Part shown: one piece after another, positions 41,363 to 51,608 of the stretch
Layout: each line of letters starts with the position of its first letter
How positions within the stretch are numbered: the first letter of the stretch is position 1
From: an uncultured delta proteobacterium
Lineage (GTDB): Bacteria > Desulfobacterota > Desulfomonilia > UBA1062
Reading direction: 5' to 3'
Assembly (NCBI GenBank): GCA_963785235.1
Contig: CAWAUM010000003.1
Span: 443,090-507,089 of the forward strand
Length of the DNA: 64,000 nucleotides
Made by a program: the position numbers and the translations under genes
Notes under the pieces: generated by a model
Told to the model about the DNA's origin: nothing
Databases searched by the model: none
The model's input: the letters and a program-made list of their open reading frames with translations, nothing else

Positions 41363-43343
41363 TTACCTATCCTTAAAGACCGGCTTACGTTTGTTCTGGA
41401 AGGCATCGGTCCCTTCCTTGCCGTCATTCGAGATGGTGACCCTCGCGAAGTTCTCCATCTCGATTTCCAGTCCCTCGTCCAGGCTGACATCCGAGCCCTG
41501 AGGATGCCGCATCAATGGCCGCACTTACCGAGAGCTTGCTCTTGGATGCTATTACCCCGGCCAGGGCCCTGGCCTCATCCATGAGACTGCCCTGCGGGAC
41601 AACCTTGTTCACAAGCCCGATCGCCAAGTGCTTCGGCAGGGGTTATGTGGTTGCCGGTGAGGATCATCTCCAGGGCCTTGCCCTTGCCCACGATCCTCGG
41701 CAGCCGCTGGGTGCCGCCAAAGCCCGGGCATAATCCCTAGGTTGATCTCGGGCAGTCCCAGACGCGCCTTGTCGGAGGCGATGCGCATATGGCAGGCCAT
41801 AGCCAGCTCGAGCCCGCCGCCAAGGCAGAACCCGTTTATTACGCAGATGATGGGCCTTAATGCACCGTCAATGGTGTTCATCATGAGGTGGCCTTTGTTG
41901 GCATAATCCTGGACCTGATGGATGCTCTTCAATCGCTGGATCTCGCTGATGTTGGCCCCGGCGACAAAGGCCTTGCCCTTACCGGTGAGCAGGATCACAC
42001 GGACCCGGTTGTCTGCACATGCGGCCAGCACCATGTTGGTGATGTCGTCTATGGTCTTGATGCTCAGCACGTTCATGGGCGGATTCTCAACGGTCATCAC
42101 TGCAACACCGTCTTCATCAACCTCATAGGTGCAGTTTGCAAAGATGCTCTCACCCTGGGCAAGCGCTTCCAGGATCGCAGGGGCGCTGAAGCGCTCAGGT
42201 CCGTACTCGTCGGCCAAGGCACAGAAGATATCATGGATCGTGGACCAGCCCACCTTGTCTTCGGCAAAGTGGAGCGGGCCCCAGGATACCTTGGTGGGGA
42301 AATTGGTGCCATAGACCATGCCCGTATCACAGTCATGGGCGGAAGCCAGACCCTCGGACACTATCAGGAGCGACTCCCTTATCTGCACGGTCAAAAGCCG
42401 CTCAGGTGAGAAGGCAAGACCGCTCATGCCGTTCTTTTTCCTCCATGCGTTCAGAAAGGTCATGCGCCTCCTTGGATGGGACCTTTGCCTTACCGGAATA
42501 GTCATAAAACCCTTTGCCCGTCTTCTGACCGTACAAGCCCTTTTTCACCAGGGCCTTCATGAGTTCCGGCGTGGGTGTCCGGCTGCCGAACGATTCTTCA
42601 AATGACTCGGAGGCATGCACGCCGACATCAAGACCCACAAGATCCCACAGCGCAAAGGGACCCATGGGCATGCCGAACGCTACCATGGCCTCATCGATCT
42701 CCTCCATGGTCGCCTCACCATCCATCAGCGAAAGCACTGCCTCGTTCAGATAGGGAATGAGCACGCGGTTCACGGCAAATCCCGGGCCGTTCTTCACCTT
42801 GATGGGGACCTTGTCTATGAAGAGCGTGAATTCCATCATGGCATTTAAGGTCTGGGGAGAAGTATTATCGTCGTATATTATTTCCAGGAGTTTCATCACG
42901 GGAACCGGATTGAAGAAGTGCAGCCCTACGAAACGGTCTTTTTTCTTGATCTTGGCGGCAATTTCAGTGAGCGACAGTGATGATGTGTTGGTGGCAAGGA
43001 TCGTCCGTTCAGGACAGAGTTTTTCCAGCTCTGCAAAGATGGCCTGCTTGAGTTTCAGGACCTCCGGGACAGCTTCAATAACCAGGTCCACCTCACCGAA
43101 GAATTTCTTGTCGTATTGTACGGAACCGCTTAAAAGATTCTGGCCGGCCTGGGCCTTCTTCGGGTCGAGCTTGCCTTTTGCGACCAGCTTGTCATAGACT
43201 GCCTTGGATGTGTCAAGGGCCTTGTCCACAAACTTCTGCTCGACATCCTTGATGAAGCACTCGATGCCCACAGATGAAAGGACATGGGCAATTCCTCCTC
43301 CCATGGCGCCACCACCGATTACAGCAGCCTTTTTAATCTGCAT
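41363..43343 (-). CDS. 3-hydroxyacyl-CoA dehydrogenase / enoyl-CoA hydratase fusion (dehydrogenase first; frameshifted)
   Basis: [26 protein letters not shown], a second 3HCDH-like C-domain, then crotonase [26 protein letters not shown]; ends ...[12 protein letters not shown] at 41363. Confidence 0.85.
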
Positions 43344-43369
43344 GGCTTACAAACCTCCTCAAAAAAGAG

Positions 43370-43960
43370 TCAGTTATTTCCCTTCACAAATCCGTTGATG
43401 AAGGAATTCCCCACCATAGTTGCCACTTCATGGACATCGAAACGTTTACGCTTGGCTGTTACGAGGTATGTAGAAAGCTCATCCAATGAACCGAAGATAA
43501 TCCTGGCGCAAAGCTCCGGTTTAAGCTCGTCCCGGAATACACCCTGCTGCTGGCCCTGGGTAATTATGTCTGCAATGATATTGAGATATGCGAGAAAATG
43601 CTTATTCTTGTATTCCCGCATGAATTTATTAGACTGTCTGAGCTCGACCTGTATTACCTCGGCCAGCGCCCTGTCGGTCTCGACGATGGAGAGATGGTTA
43701 TCACAGAATTTGATGAGCTTCTGTCTGGGGTCGCTTATCGTTTCCAGCTCAGTCCTCACCGTCTTAATGATCCTGATGAGCTCTTCTTCAAAAAGCGAGA
43801 TCAGGATATCGTCCTTGTTCTTGAAATAGAGGTATATGGTCCCGTCAGCCACGTGGGCCTCGCGGGCGATTTCCGACACCTTCGAGTTGTAGAATCCCTC
43901 CATTGCAAAAACCTGTTTTGCAGCATTCAATATCATGCGATATTTTTCTTCACCCCTCAT
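43370..43960 (-). CDS. fadR: TetR-family regulator, Bacillus FadR(YsiA)-like
   Basis: KVSEIAREAHVADGTIYLYFKNKDDILISLFEE and QVELRQSN closely match the YsiA/FadR pattern; it precedes hydratase-etfB-etfA as in B. subtilis. Confidence 0.8.
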   Translation of the reverse strand: MRGEEKYRMILNAAKQVFAMEGFYNSKVSEIAREAHVADGTIYLYFKNKDDILISLFEEELIRIIKTVRTELETISDPRQKLIKFCDNHLSIVETDRALAEVIQVELRQSNKFMREYKNKHFLAYLNIIADIITQGQQQGVFRDELKPELCARIIFGSLDELSTYLVTAKRKRFDVHEVATMVGNSFINGFVKGNN

Positions 43961-44048
43961 TTTAACCCTTCCTTATCGCGTATGATCTTCATGGCATGAT
44001 TGCTTCGTTTAAATAATGCTATAATTGCTTAATAATAAATGTTTTAAG

Positions 44049-44076
44049 AGGGGGCTCAGGTATGCCTGAGCCCCCT
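44049..44076 (-). terminator. Stem-loop after acs
   Basis: AGGGGGCTCAGG-tatg-CCTGAGCCCCCT. Confidence 0.7.
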
Positions 44077-44093
44077 TGTACTTCAAACTGACT

Positions 44094-46055
44094 CTACTTT
44101 AACAGCTTTCTGTTCTCGACGAGGGTATCTACAACGGACGGATCCGCCAGAGTGGACGTATCGCCGAAGTCTTTGAAGTCATTTGCAGCAACCTTCTTCA
44201 GGACGCGGCGCATGATCTTGCCGGAACGGGTCTTGGGGAGCGCATCGGCCCACTGGATCTGGTCGGGAGTAGCGATGGGGCCGATCTCCTTTCTCACGTG
44301 AGCGATGAGGGTCTTCTTGAGGTCATCCGTCTTGGCCACGCCGGTGTTAAGCGTGACGTATGCAAAGATGCCCTGGCCCTTGATATCGTGGGGGAAGCCC
44401 ACAACTGCGGCCTCAGCAACATTCGGATGAGAAACAAGTGCGCTCTCAACCTCTGCGGTGCCCATGCGGTGACCGGAGACATTGATAACGTCGTCCACGC
44501 GGCCTGTGATCTTGTAGTATCCGATATCGTCACGCTCTGCGCCGTCACCGGTTACATAATAGCCCGGGAACTGAACAAAGTATGTCTCTTCGAATCTCTT
44601 GGGATCCTGCCATACGCCCCTCATGATGCCGGGCCACGGCCTCTTGATGACGAGGTTGCCCCTTGCAACACCCGAGAGCTCCTTGCCGTCGTCGTCAAGC
44701 AGTGCGGGCTCGACGCCGAAGAAAGGTACTGTTGCCTTGGCAGGCTTGATGTCAATGGCGCCGGGCAGCGGGGTGATCAAAATGCCGCCGGTCTCGGTCT
44801 GCCACCACGTGTCAACAATGGTGCACTCGCTGCGGCCGATGAGGTCATAGTACCATCTCCAGGCCTCTGGGTTCAGCGGTTCGCCCACGGAACCGAGGAT
44901 CCTGATGGAGGAGAGGTCGTGCATCTTGGCCCAGGAGTCGCCCTCTTTTGCAATGGCGCGGATGGCGGTGGGTGCGGTGTAGAAGATGTTGACCTTGTAC
45001 TTCTCAACTACTGCCCAGAACCTGTCATAGGCCGGGTAGCTGGGAACGCCCTCGAACATGATGCTGGTAGCTCCGTTTGCGAGCGGGCCATATACGATGT
45101 AGGTGTGTCCGGTGACCCAGCCGATGTCGGCGGTGCACCAGTAGGTGTCTTCCTCATGGTAGTCAAAGATAAGCTGATGGGTCAGTGCTGCATAGAGCAG
45201 GTAACCGCCCGTGGTGTGCACAACGCCCTTGGGCTTTCCGGTGGAACCGGAGGTGTAGAGGATGAAGAGTGGGTCTTCTGCGTCCATCCACTCGGGCTCA
45301 CAGTAGACGGGAACGGACTTCATCTCATCATCCCACCAGAGATCCCTGCCCTCTTTCCAGGCCACTTCCGTACCGGTCCTCTTTACCACGATCTGCTTGG
45401 CAATGGAGGGGCACATGTCACAGGCCTTGTCTGCATTGTCCTTCTGGGGCACGGCCTTGGCGCCACGATAGGTGCCGTCGCAGGTGATGAGCACCTTTGA
45501 ATCGCTGTTTTCGATACGGTCCTTCAGCGCATCGGAAGAGAATCCGCCGAAAACGATGCAATGGATCGCGCCGATGCGCGTGCAAGCGAGCATGGCAATG
45601 GCAAGCTCGGGGATCATGGGCAGGAAGATGGTAACGCGATCGCCCTTCTTGACGCCGTTCTTCTTGAGCACGTTCGCGAACTTGTTGACCTCGCGGTACA
45701 TATCGGCATAGGTGAACACCTTCCAGTCGGAAGGGTCATTTCCTTCAAAGATGATAGCGGCCTTGTTCTTTCTCGTAGCAAGCTGACGGTCAAGGCAGTT
45801 GTAGCTGACATTGAGCTTTCCGTCTTCGAACCACTTCACATAGACCGGCGGCTTAAAGGAATAGTCACAGATCTTTGTCGGCTTCTTGAACCAGTCAAGC
45901 CTCTCGGCCTGCTTTGCCCAGAACTTATCAGGGTCCGCTATGGACTCCTTCCACATCTTCTCGTACTCTGCCTTACTCTTGATGTAAGCTTTTTCCCTTA
46001 CCTTCGGGGGTACCGGGAACAACTGTTCTCCGAATTCTTTGGTTTCCTCAGCCAT
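44094..46055 (-). CDS. acs: Acetyl-CoA synthetase (AMP-forming)
   Basis: [43 protein letters not shown]. True start is ATG 46055 (AAGGAGG RBS), not 46280. Confidence 0.96.
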   Translation of the reverse strand: MAEETKEFGEQLFPVPPKVREKAYIKSKAEYEKMWKESIADPDKFWAKQAERLDWFKKPTKICDYSFKPPVYVKWFEDGKLNVSYNCLDRQLATRKNKAAIIFEGNDPSDWKVFTYADMYREVNKFANVLKKNGVKKGDRVTIFLPMIPELAIAMLACTRIGAIHCIVFGGFSSDALKDRIENSDSKVLITCDGTYRGAKAVPQKDNADKACDMCPSIAKQIVVKRTGTEVAWKEGRDLWWDDEMKSVPVYCEPEWMDAEDPLFILYTSGSTGKPKGVVHTTGGYLLYAALTHQLIFDYHEEDTYWCTADIGWVTGHTYIVYGPLANGATSIMFEGVPSYPAYDRFWAVVEKYKVNIFYTAPTAIRAIAKEGDSWAKMHDLSSIRILGSVGEPLNPEAWRWYYDLIGRSECTIVDTWWQTETGGILITPLPGAIDIKPAKATVPFFGVEPALLDDDGKELSGVARGNLVIKRPWPGIMRGVWQDPKRFEETYFVQFPGYYVTGDGAERDDIGYYKITGRVDDVINVSGHRMGTAEVESALVSHPNVAEAAVVGFPHDIKGQGIFAYVTLNTGVAKTDDLKKTLIAHVRKEIGPIATPDQIQWADALPKTRSGKIMRRVLKKVAANDFKDFGDTSTLADPSVVDTLVENRKLLK

Positions 46056-46138
46056 GTAACGCCTCCTTCTTCTAAAGAATATAATTTGCTTGGCAACCAC
46101 CATTATATATCCAAAGTAAGGGTCAAGGTCAAGGAAAA

Positions 46139-46154
46139 ATGAATGATCATTCAT
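46139..46154. promoter_or_regulatory. Perfect 16-bp palindrome, candidate FadR operator
   Basis: ATGAATGATCATTCAT, 84 bp upstream of acs; contains the TGAATGA/TCATTCA half-sites of the B. subtilis FadR box. Confidence 0.65.
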
Positions 46155-46248
46155 ATCTTGATCCGACGCCTCTTTACAGTTCCTTTGCCGGCAAATATAT
46201 CTGTGATATAATAAATGCCAATCGTAGATTTCATAAAAAGGAGCCTGC

Positions 46249-47499
46249 ATGAGAAAGATATTTCCGGTTTTGTCTTTCATGGTCTGTCTGATTGTTCCAA
46301 CCTTAGTCTTAAGTATGGAAACAGCAGTTGAGATAACAGGCCCTCAGGAGCTGACCTCTTTGAAGTCAGGAATAGAAAAGAGTGTGATCGCCCGGTGCAT
46401 TGCCAAGGGAATTGCGCTTGAGAAATATCAAAAAATTTCTATCACTATAAGCAAATTGGGCGATATCATCTCCTATGATGCATTATTAGACACTAAACCT
46501 GTGAGGGCCTTTCACAAGGATCTCAAAGACACATCCGCTCTGTCCGTAACTATTGACGAAATGATCGATGCAATCTTTTTTGAAACCGGAAAACCTCAGG
46601 TCACCGGGATACAGCCTCCCACTGCATTGACGGCCCAGGAAATTGCCCCGAAAATCGTGTTGCCCTTCATTGCAACATCCATAGCCGCTATTGATGACAG
46701 GATCTATGTGAGCGATACCAAGACAGTCTATGAGCTCAAGGGCGAGAAGGCATCCGCTCTGTGGGAGGCACCCGGTAAGAATGAGATCCTCAGGATATAT
46801 CCTTATGGCGAATCGATAATTGTTTTGGTTAAGCTCATGAACGATTGCAGGACATTCATGATTTCAGGGAAAGAGACCAAAGAGAGATGGAGCAAGGCGG
46901 TAATTCCGCTGGGCAGTGGCCTTATCTCTTCAAACCTGACATTCAACACGATATATGGCACCATCCCATATGCATGGTCCAAGGCGACCCAGGTGGCCGG
47001 TTCATCACCACAGATCCCTGATGGCCTTGATGTTATAAGCTCGTTGTCTTCTGATGCAATGACCTCATCCACAGGCATTATGATATTTTCCTACAACCCG
47101 AAGGGTACAATGGTGGTCAGCGACGGCAAGTCTAATCTATGGACCGATGATACCAATGCCGGAAACGCCCCCCAATTCATCGAGGACTTGCCGGTAGATC
47201 GCAGTGATGCAGGAAGAGATCCCATTATTCGCTACTACCTGAAACCAAGAATGGTTCCGTTTGGGTCGAAGATCGTCACATTCAGAAACAGCCTGGGTTC
47301 GACAAGGATTGTGTCAGGATTGAATCTGTTCGAGTATTCGCAGGTACTAGCCTACACCCGAACAGGAGATAGTTTTACGAAAAATGAGCTGGCAACCTTC
47401 CCTGAAAGCTATTGTCCTGATATTACGGTTATCCAGGGAAAAATAGCTGCACTTCTCGTGAAAAGCAAGTTAACCTACGTGCAGTTTCTCGGACTGTGA
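46249..47499 (+). CDS. Exported hypothetical protein (beta-rich C-terminal region)
   Basis: 416-aa ORF with AAGGAG RBS and signal peptide; no family recognised. Confidence 0.7.
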   Translation: MRKIFPVLSFMVCLIVPTLVLSMETAVEITGPQELTSLKSGIEKSVIARCIAKGIALEKYQKISITISKLGDIISYDALLDTKPVRAFHKDLKDTSALSVTIDEMIDAIFFETGKPQVTGIQPPTALTAQEIAPKIVLPFIATSIAAIDDRIYVSDTKTVYELKGEKASALWEAPGKNEILRIYPYGESIIVLVKLMNDCRTFMISGKETKERWSKAVIPLGSGLISSNLTFNTIYGTIPYAWSKATQVAGSSPQIPDGLDVISSLSSDAMTSSTGIMIFSYNPKGTMVVSDGKSNLWTDDTNAGNAPQFIEDLPVDRSDAGRDPIIRYYLKPRMVPFGSKIVTFRNSLGSTRIVSGLNLFEYSQVLAYTRTGDSFTKNELATFPESYCPDITVIQGKIAALLVKSKLTYVQFLGL

Positions 47500-47514
47500 C
47501 GGTTAAGAATGCCC

Positions 47515-47715
47515 TTACATGGGCCAGAGGCCCTTTTTCGGCTTCTTAACTGCTTCTTTCGTTCCGGACTGTTTTGCTGCTTCATCATCCAGGTCCGAGT
47601 TCTTGATGGCCATGTCTCGGCTGAAATCAGGGCAGTGGATGCCAGCACCAGGTTTGAATTTCTTATTACAGTCGGCTCTCCATGCACATATGGGGCATAA
47701 TGATCTGTCACTCAT
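47515..47715 (-). CDS. Small Cys-rich hypothetical protein
   Basis: MSDRSLCPICAWRADCNKKF...HCPDFSRD; four Cys in C-x2-C-x5-C-x11-C spacing. Confidence 0.6.
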   Translation of the reverse strand: MSDRSLCPICAWRADCNKKFKPGAGIHCPDFSRDMAIKNSDLDDEAAKQSGTKEAVKKPKKGLWPM

Positions 47716-48017
47716 GCTGTTAGTAATAAAGGGCATTTCATATGTTGTCAACGGGAAATGAGGACGGCTCAGATAATCCGGCATCAAATCATTCAGTCAT
47801 CTTCCCTGCAAGTATTACCTATGCCCTGAACTCCTGTCAGTTGCCTTTGGTGTGAACCAAGTATCTTTTCACAAAATTTACAATCCATAACACCTTATAT
47901 TAGTAATAGCATGCTTCTCGGATCACTTTTTCCCGGTTGACACTAAAATGGACCTACGTTAGTAATCATATGATAGTCATATAGTAATACAAAAGATGTA
48001 TTAAGGAGGTACTTGAA

Positions 48018-49916
48018 TTGTATAAATCCTATGATGAAGCCTACCGGCTTTCCCTGGAAGATAAGGATGGCTTCTGGTCGGATGCAGCTGAAAAAATCCA
48101 GTGGGACAAAAAGTGGGACAAGGTCCTGGATGATTCGAAGAAACCATTCTACGGTTGGTTTGCCGGTGGGCGGCTCAATACCTGCTACAATGCCATCGAC
48201 TATCATGTGGAAAACGGCCATGGAGACCAGGTGGCCATAATCTATGACAGCCCGGTGACAGGGATCGTCCGGAAGATAACCTATAAAGAATTCTTGAGCG
48301 AGGTATCGCTGTGCGCCGGTATGCTGAAAAACTTGGGCGTGACAAAGGGAGACCGGGTAATCATCTATATGCCCATGATCCCTGAGACCATGGTCGCCAT
48401 GCTTGCCTGCGCACGCATCGGGGCGATCCACTCGGTGGTGTTCGGCGGGTTTGCCCCCAATGAGCTGGCCGTGAGGATCGAAGATGCCAAACCCAAGGTC
48501 TGCATATCAGGTTCCTGCGGCATCGAGCCCAAGGGTGCGATTCCGTACAAGCCCCTGCTTGATAAGGCCATTGACCTGTCATCGCACAAACCTGAAAAGT
48601 GCATAATCTTTCAGCGGCCCCAGGTCAACGCCGACCTCATACCCGGCAGGGACTTGGACTGGGCTGAGGCCATGAAAGGCGCATCACCTGCGGATTGCGT
48701 CATGGTGGATGCTACCGATCCGCTCTATATCCTCTATACATCAGGCACCACCGGAAAGCCCAAAGGGGTCATGAGGGATAACGGGGGCCATGCCGTGGCG
48801 CTCAAGTGGAGCATGGAGAACATCTACAACGTAAAGCCCGGCGATGTCTACTGGGCTGCTTCAGACGTGGGCTGGGTCGTTGGACATTCCTACATTGTGT
48901 ATGCCCCGCTGCTCTATGGGTGCACCACCATACTCTACGAGGGTAAGCCCGTGGGGACACCCGACCCAGGTGCCTTCTGGCGGGTCATCTCAGAGTATAA
49001 CGTGAAGGTGCTCTTCACAGCGCCCACTGCTTTCCGCGCCATCAAAAAGGAAGACCCTGAAGGGTCTTATATCAAGAAATATGATATCTCCTGCCTGAAG
49101 CACCTCTTCCTGGCAGGGGAACGGCTCGACACGGACACCTACCACTGGGCAAGCAGTCTGCTCAATATCCCGGTCATAGACCACTGGTGGCAGACAGAGA
49201 CCGGCTGGGCCATTGCGGCAAACTGTATGGGTATCGAGCAGTTGCCGATAAAGGCAGGCTCCCCCACAAAACCGGCACCCGGTTTTGATGTGCACATCCT
49301 TGATGAGGCTGCAAAAGAGCTGCCCAAGGGCAAGGAAGGCGTTATCGGCATCAGGCTTCCCCTGCCGCCCGCATGCCTGCCCACGCTCTGGCAGAATGAT
49401 GAAGGCTTCGTGTCATCATACCTGACCGAGTATCCGGGCTATTATGCTACCGGCGACGGCGGGTACATGGATGCAGAAGGCTATATCTACATCATGGGCA
49501 GGGTGGACGACGTCATCAATGTTGCGGGTCACCGGCTCTCCACCGGCGGCATGGAAGAGGTGGTTGCAAAGCACCAGGATGTGGCAGAGTGCGCGGTCAT
49601 CGGCGTGAATGATGTCCTGAAGGGCCAGGTACCAATTGGCTTTGTAGTGCTGAAGGCCGGCGTGAGCAAGCCTAACAACGAGATCACCAAGGAAGTGGTT
49701 ACCATGATACGCTCCGAGATCGGGGCCCTGGCCTGCCTGAAGGATGTGGTCGTGGTACCTCGGCTTCCCAAGACAAGAAGCGGCAAGATCCTTCGGGCCA
49801 CCATGCGCAAGATCGCTGATGGCCAGGAATACAAGGTACCCTCCACCATCGATGACCCTGCATCGCTGCAGGATATCCAGGCCGCTACGAAAATCATCGG
49901 CTACCCGAAACAGTGA
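48018..49916 (+). CDS. prpE: Propionyl-CoA synthetase (PrpE/ACSS3 type)
   Basis: YTSGTTGKPKGV.RDNGGHAVAL, WAASDVGWVVGHSY, DHWWQTETGW; TTG start after AAGGAGG. Confidence 0.9.
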   Translation: MYKSYDEAYRLSLEDKDGFWSDAAEKIQWDKKWDKVLDDSKKPFYGWFAGGRLNTCYNAIDYHVENGHGDQVAIIYDSPVTGIVRKITYKEFLSEVSLCAGMLKNLGVTKGDRVIIYMPMIPETMVAMLACARIGAIHSVVFGGFAPNELAVRIEDAKPKVCISGSCGIEPKGAIPYKPLLDKAIDLSSHKPEKCIIFQRPQVNADLIPGRDLDWAEAMKGASPADCVMVDATDPLYILYTSGTTGKPKGVMRDNGGHAVALKWSMENIYNVKPGDVYWAASDVGWVVGHSYIVYAPLLYGCTTILYEGKPVGTPDPGAFWRVISEYNVKVLFTAPTAFRAIKKEDPEGSYIKKYDISCLKHLFLAGERLDTDTYHWASSLLNIPVIDHWWQTETGWAIAANCMGIEQLPIKAGSPTKPAPGFDVHILDEAAKELPKGKEGVIGIRLPLPPACLPTLWQNDEGFVSSYLTEYPGYYATGDGGYMDAEGYIYIMGRVDDVINVAGHRLSTGGMEEVVAKHQDVAECAVIGVNDVLKGQVPIGFVVLKAGVSKPNNEITKEVVTMIRSEIGALACLKDVVVVPRLPKTRSGKILRATMRKIADGQEYKVPSTIDDPASLQDIQAATKIIGYPKQ

Positions 49917-49928
49917 GGCTAAGTATCG

Positions 49929-49959
49929 CAAGGGAGGGCAGAACACCTGCCCTCCCTTG
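49929..49959 (+). terminator. Stem-loop after prpE
   Basis: CAAGGGAGGGCAG / CTGCCCTCCCTTG. Confidence 0.7.
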
Positions 49960-50098
49960 TAACTCCTGAGAAGTCATCTTCCCTGAAACCCATCCCATGA
50001 TATCCTTCACGACAGCTATTCACTTCGGGAAGATTCATTCAGGGAAAACAAACCCTGAATTGCATTGAAGAATAAGGAATGGAAAATTAAAAAAAAGG

Positions 50099-51331
50099 AT
50101 GGTTTCTATGAGTGATGCGAAAGTCATACAACGTTGGATTCCCCTTCTGGGCGGGGTTCTGGGAAGCACCACCTGTGGTGCGCTTCTCTATGCCTGGAGT
50201 GTATTCATAAAGCCGCTCAATGCTGAGTTCGGATGGAGCAGAGCTGACATTGCACTGGCCTTTGCCATTGCCTGCCTCATCTTCGGGCTCATGACCTATC
50301 CCGCAGGGAGGCTCAGCGACAAATACGGCCCCAGAATCGTAGTGCTCATAGGCGGCATCATCCTGTGCTGCGGCTTCGTGATGTCCGGATTCATACAGAC
50401 AAAACTCCAGCTGTATCTTACCTATGGGGTCATCGCCGGGTTCGGGGGCGGCCTCGTGTATCTCCCCCCCATCGCCACCGCGCCAAAGTGGTGGCCGGAC
50501 AGGAGGGCCCTGGCCACAGGCTTTACCGTGGTGGGCCTGGGCCTCGGGTCATTCATTATGGCACCGCTCGCCACCTACATAATCAAAAACTTCGGCTGGC
50601 GCTCGGTATTCATCTACGTGGGCATGGCCATGGGTGTCATGGCGGTCACGGCTGCCCTGTGCCTCAAGGTACCCCCTGCCGGATGGAAGCCCGAGGGCTG
50701 GGAGCCACCGAAATCAGCAAATCCGGCACAAAAGGAAGACCGCGATTACACCTATGCCGAGACCATACGCACGTCTCAGTTCTGGCTCCTCTATACCGCC
50801 TACTTCTGCGGTTCTTTTGCCGGCCTCATGGTGATCGGTCACATCGCCGGCCACGGCATTGACCGGGGTCTTGATCCCATGGTGGCGGCAGGGGCCGCAA
50901 GCTGGCTGGCCATGGCGAACGCCACGACCCGCATCCTGTCAGGGTGGATCGCGGACAAGATCGGTATAAAGATCAGCTTCGTGACCTTCTTCGTCCTCCA
51001 GGTGGCAGCCATGGCCCTGCTGTACCCTTCAGGGCACATCTACTGGGCTCTCTGGGCTGTGGCGGCACTCATCGGATGGAACTACGGGGCCATGTTCACG
51101 CTCTTTCCGGCGACCTGTCTGCAGTACTATGGACCGACCGCACAGGCCACCAACTACGGCCTTCTCTTCACATCGTGGGGATTTGCCGGTTTTCTGGGGC
51201 CGTTTGTAGGCGGTTGGCTTAAAGATACCACCGGGACCTATTCCGCACCCTTCCTCGTGGGGGCTGCCGTGGTATCGATCTCGGTGCTCATCATCGCTTT
51301 CATGAAGCCCCCTGCCCGCAGGCATGTTTAG
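50099..51331 (+). CDS. Monocarboxylate MFS transporter (OFA/SLC16-like, close to Syntrophobacter SfMCT)
   Basis: [77 protein letters not shown] match SfMCT as recalled. Confidence 0.88.
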   Translation: MVSMSDAKVIQRWIPLLGGVLGSTTCGALLYAWSVFIKPLNAEFGWSRADIALAFAIACLIFGLMTYPAGRLSDKYGPRIVVLIGGIILCCGFVMSGFIQTKLQLYLTYGVIAGFGGGLVYLPPIATAPKWWPDRRALATGFTVVGLGLGSFIMAPLATYIIKNFGWRSVFIYVGMAMGVMAVTAALCLKVPPAGWKPEGWEPPKSANPAQKEDRDYTYAETIRTSQFWLLYTAYFCGSFAGLMVIGHIAGHGIDRGLDPMVAAGAASWLAMANATTRILSGWIADKIGIKISFVTFFVLQVAAMALLYPSGHIYWALWAVAALIGWNYGAMFTLFPATCLQYYGPTAQATNYGLLFTSWGFAGFLGPFVGGWLKDTTGTYSAPFLVGAAVVSISVLIIAFMKPPARRHV

Positions 51332-51359
51332 GGGAGTAGTGTAAACGAATCTGCCCTCA

Positions 51360-51399
51360 GCCGGCCATCTCCCCAGGAAAAGTCGAGGGGATGGCCGGC
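51360..51399 (+). terminator. Stem-loop after the transporter gene
   Basis: GCCGGCCATC / GATGGCCGGC arms. Confidence 0.55.
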
Positions 51400-51485
51400 C
51401 CTGTTGGGCTGGAAACACGCTTGGATGTCAGGTGTCCTTAAGCATAATACCCATAAAGACCATGGAATTGTTTTTTAAAAATAGG

Positions 51486-51571
51486 TCCGTTCAAAAACTT
51501 AATCTTGCAGCCTTTGTGGAACGCTGATTTTATCGGTCCATCAAGGCTGCAAGATTAAGTTTTTGAACGGA
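51486..51571. repeat. Perfect 29-bp inverted repeat (MITE-like)
   Basis: TCCGTTCAAAAACTTAATCTTGCAGCCTT (51486-51514) and its exact reverse complement (51543-51571), 28-bp spacer. Confidence 0.85.
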
Positions 51572-51608
51572 TCAGGTTTTTACGCCTCTTAAACGCATAT
51601 TTCCGGGT

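Noticed and set aside
37302-43343. Pseudogenes or programmed frameshifting in the ETF/beta-oxidation cluster
   Set aside because: Indels are scattered, lack consistent slippery motifs and also hit essential genes elsewhere; sequencing error is more parsimonious.
46056-46280. 75-aa N-terminal extension of Acs in the ORF track
   Set aside because: There is a strong RBS before ATG 46055; the extension overlaps the divergent gene and the operator palindrome.
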